A stretch of 64,000 bases of DNA from a virus, in the IMG/VR virus record IMGVR_UViG_3300002835_000030, positions 1 to 64,000 of that record. The stretch is one strand, 5' to 3'. The position numbers and the translations under genes were made by a program. Below are positions 51,158-58,375 of this stretch, piece after piece; the stretch's first letter is position 1, and every line of letters begins with the position of its first letter. Under the pieces are notes generated by a model. That model was not told the DNA's origin and did no database searches. It was given only the letters and a program-made list of their open reading frames with translations.

Positions 51158-51679
51158 ATGACACAACCAAAAAGAGTACCGATTGAGAGGTTAAATAAGT
51201 TTTACTCTCAAGAAGATTTTGAGTTAGACATCGATTTTGGTAGGGAATGGTTAGAGGGTGACATTAACATTAAAGTTATTCTCTATAGGGTAGACAGGAC
51301 TGAAACCACCAATGACGATATATATGGTGAAACAGGTAAGGGTGAGATAAGATTTAAACCACCTATAGAAATTCCTGTGAATTTTAATTACGCAGCACCA
51401 ACAAACAAAAACTACAACTCTGATGGTTCATTGAGATATTTAGAGAGAGGTAATATTACTATAGGTGTATATCAAGATCAATTAGATGAATTAGGTATTG
51501 ATATTAGTTATGGTGATTATATTGGTTATCCTGAAACAGAAACAAAGACAAACTACTTTACTGTTTCTAATGATGGTAAAATATTTGCGGATAACGCACA
51601 TACAATAGTAGGGTATAAAGGGTTCTATAGAACTATTACTTGTGTACCTACTGATTTAGATGAATTTGACGGAAGATAA
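51158..51679 (+). CDS. Head-closure/neck protein, gp14-like
   Basis: VILYRVD..DDIYGE; late motif at 51137. Confidence 0.6.
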   Translation: MTQPKRVPIERLNKFYSQEDFELDIDFGREWLEGDINIKVILYRVDRTETTNDDIYGETGKGEIRFKPPIEIPVNFNYAAPTNKNYNSDGSLRYLERGNITIGVYQDQLDELGIDISYGDYIGYPETETKTNYFTVSNDGKIFADNAHTIVGYKGFYRTITCVPTDLDEFDGR

Positions 51680-51681
51680 TT

Positions 51682-52713
51682 ATGGGATTACCAAAGAACT
51701 ATAGAAAAGATTTAAAAATAACTCCACATAAACAAGGGTTCGAACAAAGACAAAGTATCTTAGATGATATTGCGAATAAAGGTACCTATCTACCAAAAGG
51801 GATTCTTCATGAAGATATGGACGAGGAACTACTTAACTATGTCAACAACGAAATTGATTTAACGTTGTCAGGTGAAAAAGTACCTGTAATATTCTTAAGT
51901 GCGCAAAGATGGGCGGAGTTTAGTAAAACTTGGCAATATTCTGATATCGATAAAAATATTAAACTACCTTTTATAACTGTAGTTAGAAAACCTGACGCAC
52001 AACAAGGAACAAATTACGCAGGATCTTTTAATATTCCGGGTAGACCAACATTTACATATATGAAAATTCCCACATGGGATGGTAATAGAAAGGGTTACGA
52101 TATCTATAAAATACCACAACCCATATCTGTTGACATTATGTATGAAGTTAGATTATTCTGTAATAGAATGAGAGACTTAAATAAAATGAACAGTAAAATG
52201 TTGGGTTCATTTTCTTCGTTAGAAAAATATATTAGAGTAAATGGTCACCCCATACCACTTATTTTAGATAGTATAGGTGATGAAAGTCAAATCACTAATT
52301 TAGATGAAAGAAAATATTATGTCCAATTATTCACTATAAAAATGATGGGTTATCTCTTAGATGAAGATGACTTTGTTGTCACACCTGCAGTTAGTAGAGG
52401 TATTCAATTTTATGAGATTAGTGAAGAATTATATCGGGCACCATATCAAATTAATGTTGATAAACAAAATAAGACTATTTGTTTAAATATAATATTTAAT
52501 AGGGGTGTTAGTAGTGTTATTCTACCAATAGAAATTGATGCGACTTATTCTGATTCTAACTTCACTAACGCGAATTCTTTAATATTTAAAATTAATGGTG
52601 TTACTAAAACATTACCATTTTCAGTTAGTAATGGTGATGAATTATACATTAAAGTAAATAAGACGGATGTTAGTTTATCATCTGATGTAGAGATAATCGG
52701 TACAATATTATGA
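51682..52713 (+). CDS. Tail terminator/sheath stabiliser, gp15-like
   Basis: VPVIF...RW, LPFITVVR, PQP..VDI.YEV; position after the neck gene. Confidence 0.55.
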   Translation: MGLPKNYRKDLKITPHKQGFEQRQSILDDIANKGTYLPKGILHEDMDEELLNYVNNEIDLTLSGEKVPVIFLSAQRWAEFSKTWQYSDIDKNIKLPFITVVRKPDAQQGTNYAGSFNIPGRPTFTYMKIPTWDGNRKGYDIYKIPQPISVDIMYEVRLFCNRMRDLNKMNSKMLGSFSSLEKYIRVNGHPIPLILDSIGDESQITNLDERKYYVQLFTIKMMGYLLDEDDFVVTPAVSRGIQFYEISEELYRAPYQINVDKQNKTICLNIIFNRGVSSVILPIEIDATYSDSNFTNANSLIFKINGVTKTLPFSVSNGDELYIKVNKTDVSLSSDVEIIGTIL

Positions 52714-53342
52714 GTAATTGCGACAATTCTAACATAAAAAAAAATTATATAGTTACAAGTACTGAAATAGATATTTTAAGTGCGTGTACTGGATTTTATA
52801 CCAATAATATTTATTCATGTAGTGGTGATACCATAACGATAGAAAGTGATATATTATCTACTAACACAATTAATTCGTCTGTAATTTTAAGTGGTGGTAC
52901 TAATTTATTAGATATTTTTGGGGGTTCAGGTGCAAACACCTTCATCACAGGATTTACATATGACAACTCAAATAATTTAAGTATTGAAAGAAATGATGAC
53001 GTTTCTTTTAATGTTAACATAAGTGAATTTAGTGGTATTACAATTAATGGTATTTTAAGTGCGTGTACCGGTATTAATACATCTAATTTATATGGATGTT
53101 CACCGATTACAATACATGATGATTTATTACCTTTAAATGACGGTAGTTCCGATTTAGGGACACCAATTAAAAGGTTTAGAGATATAAACACAATTAGTGG
53201 GACTTCCACAGTGTGGACATCATCCAGTAAAATTACAACGCCGGAAATTGATTTAGGGGTAGATAGTTCTGGAAACACTAGATTAATTACCGCAGACAAT
53301 TCTATTATAAATAACGATGTTTTATATGGAGGTGTATATTAA
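52710..53342 (+). CDS. Tail-fibre-like protein
   Basis: S/T/G-rich, DLGTPIKRF, ends YGGVY. Confidence 0.6.
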   Translation: MSNCDNSNIKKNYIVTSTEIDILSACTGFYTNNIYSCSGDTITIESDILSTNTINSSVILSGGTNLLDIFGGSGANTFITGFTYDNSNNLSIERNDDVSFNVNISEFSGITINGILSACTGINTSNLYGCSPITIHDDLLPLNDGSSDLGTPIKRFRDINTISGTSTVWTSSSKITTPEIDLGVDSSGNTRLITADNSIINNDVLYGGVY

Positions 53343-53387
53343 ATAATTTTTTTAATAAATTACAATATTTATAAATAAAAACAAAAA

Positions 53388-54947
53388 ATGGCAATAAGAA
53401 GTACAACACACATTTTAAAAAATTCGGATATAGTAAATCGACCGTTACCTGCGTCTTTATTAAAAGGTGAACCAATAGTAAATACTGCAGATGGTATTAT
53501 GTTATTTTCAGGTGTAACACAATCAACATCTGAATGGACACCCGCAGGAACAGGAACAACATCTAACTTTTTCGAAGTAGGTTCAAACCTTTATGATTTA
53601 AGGTTAAGAAATAAAATCACACACTATAATGATTTAACAAACTTAACAGGTAAATTCTTATCGGGTACCACAAATGGTTTCGAATTGGCAAATATTTCGG
53701 ATATCTCAGGTGTTGATACTTTTGTAACAGGATTTACTTATGATGATGTAAATACATTTACAATATCTAGAAATCAGGGACTACCCGATTTAACATCAAC
53801 CATTAGTGTATTATCAGGTATAACTTATTATGGTGATGGTACGGGTTTAACCAATATACCAATTTCTGGTGTAGTTAATTTACAAACAGAGTTAGATAGT
53901 AAGGTTGAGAACGGTGTTAATTCAGGTGGTGGTGAAGAAATATTTAGTGGTAAATCAGGTACTGACTTATATTTTAGAACACTAAGTGGTGGTTCTAACA
54001 CAACTATTAGTACTATTGGAGATATAGTTCGGGTAGATGTGTCTATTCCTGCCTCTACAAACACATTTGTAACTGGCGGTACATATAGTGACGTGACTGA
54101 TACTATAACATTAACTAGAAATGATGCAGTTACTGTTGATATTACTGGAGTTTCAAACACATTTACAACTGGTGGTACTTATAACGTTGGTACAACATCT
54201 ATAGACTTTGATAAAAATGATGGTACTACTTATAGCGTAGACTTATCTAATATCGATGTTAACGATACTTTCGTAACGGGATTTACTTACAACTCAATTA
54301 ATAACACATTCACCATTTTAAGGAATGAAGGTGAACCTGATTTAACCGCATCTATCGATACCGTATCAGGGTTAACTATTTCAAACTTAACCGCAGGTAG
54401 AGTAGTTTATGTTGGAACAGGTGGAGTATTAACTGATGAAGCTGGATTTACATATGATGCTTCTACAAATATATTCTCAGTTCCATCTGATGGTACTGTT
54501 AATGTTGGTACTGGTGGTTTAAATGTTGGTGGTGATGCAATTATTCAAGGTTCATTAACAGTATTTGGTCCGAGTATATCCGCCTTTACTAGTGAATTAT
54601 ACGTAGAAGACCCAAATATTATACTTAATTATAACCCAACAGGAAATTCGATTACTACGTCAGTTGGTGCTGGTTGGACTATTCAAGACGGTAATGGTAT
54701 TGTTTCTGGAGATGTTAACTTAGATATTATTAGACTTCAAAACCTTACGGGTCTTACTGCAACACAAGTTCCAAATGTTTCTGAATACTCAGGAGGTGCG
54801 ACTGGATACATAAACAGAGGTTGGATTACACAGTTGAATGATATTGTTATCAGAAGTACTGATGTTTCCGATGGTGGTTCACTAGGTGATATCAATGGCG
54901 TAAGGGTACTTGGGGAATTTGACACGTTAGATGGGGGTAATTATTGA
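53388..54947 (+). CDS. Tail-fibre-like protein with repeats
   Basis: N-terminal L.KGEP.VNTADG module, four xTF[VT]TG[FG]TY repeats, ends DGGNY. Confidence 0.7.
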   Translation: MAIRSTTHILKNSDIVNRPLPASLLKGEPIVNTADGIMLFSGVTQSTSEWTPAGTGTTSNFFEVGSNLYDLRLRNKITHYNDLTNLTGKFLSGTTNGFELANISDISGVDTFVTGFTYDDVNTFTISRNQGLPDLTSTISVLSGITYYGDGTGLTNIPISGVVNLQTELDSKVENGVNSGGGEEIFSGKSGTDLYFRTLSGGSNTTISTIGDIVRVDVSIPASTNTFVTGGTYSDVTDTITLTRNDAVTVDITGVSNTFTTGGTYNVGTTSIDFDKNDGTTYSVDLSNIDVNDTFVTGFTYNSINNTFTILRNEGEPDLTASIDTVSGLTISNLTAGRVVYVGTGGVLTDEAGFTYDASTNIFSVPSDGTVNVGTGGLNVGGDAIIQGSLTVFGPSISAFTSELYVEDPNIILNYNPTGNSITTSVGAGWTIQDGNGIVSGDVNLDIIRLQNLTGLTATQVPNVSEYSGGATGYINRGWITQLNDIVIRSTDVSDGGSLGDINGVRVLGEFDTLDGGNY

Positions 54948-54987
54948 TGGTGGTTATTACTAATTTTTGATAATTATGTGATATTTA

Positions 54988-55015
54988 TTAAGGGGTGACA
55001 ATTGTCTCTCCTTAA
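54988..55015 (+). terminator. Imperfect hairpin, possible terminator
   Basis: ttaagg-ggtgac-aatt-gtctct-ccttaa. Confidence 0.5.
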
Positions 55016-55020
55016 TTATT

Positions 55021-55065
55021 TGTGAATTACCCACTCACGATAAATTGATGGGATGGTAATTCACA
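55021..55065. repeat. Inverted repeat, possible IS200/IS605-type end remnant
   Basis: Perfect 11-bp arms tgtgaattacc / ggtaattcaca around cactcacgataaattgatgggat. Confidence 0.55.
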
Positions 55066-55196
55066 TGAGAATGGAATAAATAATAAAAAAAAGGAGGTTA
55101 GACTTCCCATTTTTATTACTTTTAATATTTATATATAAAGTTATATAACTTTTAAATAAAAAAGGCTCTAAATAGAGTAATAGAATAGTCATAGAT

Positions 55197-56765
55197 ATGG
55201 CAAATAGAAAAAACACATTTCTTTTAAAGAGATCTAATGTTGTTAATAAAGCACCCTCATTAGGTGATATACAACTAGGAGAAATAGCTTTAAATACTGC
55301 AGATGCAAAACTTTTTTCCACCTACACAGGCGGTTTAACTGGTGCAACAGAAATTAGAGAGATAGGTTGGGATAGATTATCCACTATTTCGGGTGGAACA
55401 GTCAATGGTGATGTCATTATTAATGCCGACCTAACTGTTACTGGTGATACACAATTAGTTAATGTTTCTGGAACTTCTTTTTACACTGATTACATAGATT
55501 TTAACAACACATTATCCCCATTACCAACAGACATAGAAGGTAGGATTTACTGGGATGACGATAATGGTTCACTTACACTAGGAATGCATGGTGGGCAAGT
55601 TCTACAACAAATAGGTTTAGAACAATACTACTATATTAAAAACCAAAGTGGGTCAACGATTTCCAATGGTAGAGTTGTTAGGTCGGCAGGTACATTAGGT
55701 TCATCAGGTAGAATATTGGGTGAATATATGATTGCAGATGGTACCATACCCGCAAATTTTACTTTGGGTGTGGCAACTGAAGATATTGTCGATGGTGATG
55801 ATGGATATGTAACAAATTTTGGTTTAGTTAGGAATATAAATACGACCGGCTCACTTTATGGTGAAACCTGGAGTGGTGGTACAATTCTTTATGTTTCACC
55901 TACAATTCCCGGTGGTTTAACAAGTGTAGAACCAAGCGCACCTGATTTAAAAATAGAAATGGCGATTGTAATTAAAGCACATTCCAATGGTTCAATTTTC
56001 GTAAGACCAACCATTTATCCACATTTATATGATTTACAAGAAATAAATTATTCTGCTGGTACCGAAACCAATTTGGATATTTTACAATGGAATGATTCTA
56101 ACCAAACTTGGGATAAAACAAATACACCTTCATTTAGTGGTTTAACAATATATAATAATATTAACCACTTAGGTAATTACATTTTAGATGGTAATATTTC
56201 ACAAACAGGAGATTATAGTGTGACAGGTGATACATCAATTAATGGTAATTTAGATGTTACTGATACAGTAAATATAGGTACTTTGGGGACAGGAACCTCT
56301 GTTAATACATTGGGAATAGATTCTAACGGTTATGTTGTTAGTGCAACAACAAAAAATATTGTTGAAATAATGTACTTTAATACAAATTCCACAAATCTAT
56401 CCGATAACACAAATTACACTTTTACCACCAACACATCTTTAACAAGTGGCAGTATTAATACAACCCCAGGAATTCCTCTACCTATAGGAACTATAGTTGG
56501 GTGGAGATTATCAACTTATTGGGCATCTGCCCCAGTTGGTTCAAGTGAAACCGGCACTTTAAAATTATACTGGGGTTCTGGTCCAAGTGATGTGACTTTA
56601 AGTAATGCCATAACATGGGACGGTAACAGAACAGCCGTTTTTAGTGGTACTTTATCACAAGCTATAAGTGCAGTTGAGCCTAGTTGGGCTTTTGTGACTA
56701 CACCAACTTTTGTAACTAATCCTCAAGGTGTTAAAATGGTCTTAATTATACAAATGGAAATATGA
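55197..56765 (+). CDS. Tail fibre protein
   Basis: N-terminal LLKRS..K.P....LGEIALNTADAKLF module; GYVTNFGLVR and ILQWN fibre motifs. Confidence 0.75.
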   Translation: MANRKNTFLLKRSNVVNKAPSLGDIQLGEIALNTADAKLFSTYTGGLTGATEIREIGWDRLSTISGGTVNGDVIINADLTVTGDTQLVNVSGTSFYTDYIDFNNTLSPLPTDIEGRIYWDDDNGSLTLGMHGGQVLQQIGLEQYYYIKNQSGSTISNGRVVRSAGTLGSSGRILGEYMIADGTIPANFTLGVATEDIVDGDDGYVTNFGLVRNINTTGSLYGETWSGGTILYVSPTIPGGLTSVEPSAPDLKIEMAIVIKAHSNGSIFVRPTIYPHLYDLQEINYSAGTETNLDILQWNDSNQTWDKTNTPSFSGLTIYNNINHLGNYILDGNISQTGDYSVTGDTSINGNLDVTDTVNIGTLGTGTSVNTLGIDSNGYVVSATTKNIVEIMYFNTNSTNLSDNTNYTFTTNTSLTSGSINTTPGIPLPIGTIVGWRLSTYWASAPVGSSETGTLKLYWGSGPSDVTLSNAITWDGNRTAVFSGTLSQAISAVEPSWAFVTTPTFVTNPQGVKMVLIIQMEI

Positions 56766-57133
56766 TAACAATATACAGACACAAATTACAAGGAAATGGT
56801 ACTTCTAGTTGGGTTGTAGATGTGCATGATGCCGCAACAGAACAAGAAGCCACATCACAAAATCGTATATCTCGAGAACTTGTTTTTGTAAATCCATTGG
56901 CACTAGTGAAACCCGAAGTTTGGACTGTAGAATTAATAGATGCTCAAAGTGTTGATTTTTATGCCCCATATAATTTAATTATATCATCTAGTAGCAATGT
57001 TTTAAATTCTCCAACCATTCAAATAAAAGATGATAACGTTACATATCAATTTGGAAACAACATATCCGCTGGAAGCAAAATAACAGTTAACTCAAGCACA
57101 GCATCAGTTATAAACTTAAATATTCTGAGATAA
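56762..57133 (+). CDS. Hypothetical fibre-associated protein
   Basis: Coupled to the fibre gene (ATGA overlap). Confidence 0.55.
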   Translation: MITIYRHKLQGNGTSSWVVDVHDAATEQEATSQNRISRELVFVNPLALVKPEVWTVELIDAQSVDFYAPYNLIISSSSNVLNSPTIQIKDDNVTYQFGNNISAGSKITVNSSTASVINLNILR

Positions 57134-57135
57134 TT

Positions 57136-57744
57136 ATGACACTACAAACACGATATATAAAAGCTGTAGCAGCTGGTGAAGGAAGTACTCCACTCAACAC
57201 CTCAAATTTATTTAAAACTGGGGCTAATACTTCTTATACGGCTAAAGATGATGGAAATTTACAACGAGGTAGAGGAGTTGATTTTTTTACATTAAGTTTT
57301 AATAATGGATTTGGTAACACCATAAGATTTACAGATGATACTGGAAATCAAACCTATACTAGCCTAGTTGTTGTAGATTGGTCTACATGGAATCAAGTTG
57401 ATAGTACTGTTTTAGCTTATTATAAAACACCACTAAACTCCTTCGCACTAACCACACAATTATCTGGACAACCATACACACGAAACTCATTAAGTGGTTG
57501 GTATGTTTGCAATCTAAACGAACTTCACAATATTCGTAATTGGTCAGTTTATAGAAATCCTTTTAACTACACCCCCTTTAATTATAATATGGTACTTACT
57601 GCTGATTCTATTTGGAGTAGTACAGTAGAAGGATCTACAGTTGGGTTTTTCCATGCACAGACTACAATTAACGTAGGAACTTCCGGGGGTGCTCGTAGAG
57701 CCTTTATATGTAGAACATACACACTTGCAGAATTAGGATTATAA
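57136..57744 (+). CDS. DUF1566/Lcl-like (C-type-lectin fold) putative receptor-binding protein
   Basis: KTG..SY...DDG.LQRG, RFTD, SGW...N..EL, IWSST, terminal ICR. Confidence 0.6.
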   Translation: MTLQTRYIKAVAAGEGSTPLNTSNLFKTGANTSYTAKDDGNLQRGRGVDFFTLSFNNGFGNTIRFTDDTGNQTYTSLVVVDWSTWNQVDSTVLAYYKTPLNSFALTTQLSGQPYTRNSLSGWYVCNLNELHNIRNWSVYRNPFNYTPFNYNMVLTADSIWSSTVEGSTVGFFHAQTTINVGTSGGARRAFICRTYTLAELGL

Positions 57745-57759
57745 AATTAAAACACAACT

Positions 57760-58005
57760 ATGAAATACAAATTTGAAAACCACAATATTGAATTCGAAAA
57801 TCCCCAAATTGAAATCCAAAACGATGGTATAATATTAATGCCAAGTCAAATGGAGATTTCTGTTAACTTAATTCTTAAAGTTAACGGATGCAAATATGGA
57901 GTTACATTAGAAAATGTTAAGGTAGATAACTTTAATTACGACATAGATTCTTTAAATGAAAAAGTAATGGTTAGACTACAAGATTTTTTGGTTGTTGAAC
58001 AGTAA
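57760..58005 (+). CDS. Small hypothetical protein (fibre chaperone?)
   Basis: 81 aa, last gene of the fibre operon. Confidence 0.55.
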   Translation: MKYKFENHNIEFENPQIEIQNDGIILMPSQMEISVNLILKVNGCKYGVTLENVKVDNFNYDIDSLNEKVMVRLQDFLVVEQ

Positions 58006-58072
58006 AACAATATTACGGTCGCACCAAATTAACGATAGAACAAATACGACAACTAAAGAATATTTATGGGGA

Positions 58073-58231
58073 TTAATTAATTTCATCCCCATAAATATCT
58101 GTCTTAGGTTTACATTTTTCTCTAATCAATTTTTCCACAAATGCAAACATTTTAAGACCATTCTTTTCGCAATACTCTTTTAGTAGTTTATGTGTCTGTG
58201 ACGTTATTTTTAAGTTTTTGTCTCTTTTCAT
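58073..58231 (-). CDS. Ribbon-helix-helix-like DNA-binding protein
   Basis: KNLKITSQTHKLLKEYCEKNGLKMFAFVEKLI; late motif at 58236-58243. Confidence 0.7.
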   Translation of the reverse strand: MKRDKNLKITSQTHKLLKEYCEKNGLKMFAFVEKLIREKCKPKTDIYGDEIN

Positions 58232-58245
58232 ATTGATAAATATGT

Positions 58246-58277
58246 AAGTATGACAAAAGTATGACAAAATTCATACT
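58246..58277. promoter_or_regulatory. Candidate RHH operator
   Basis: Tandem aagtatgacaa x2 plus an inverted tcatact copy. Confidence 0.55.
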
Positions 58278-58375
58278 ATTTTTTGTTGTAAAACAACAAA
58301 AATAATTTTTTCAAAAAAATCTGCATATTTATTATAAAAAGAAATTAATAATAAATATTTAAAAAATAAAATTAA

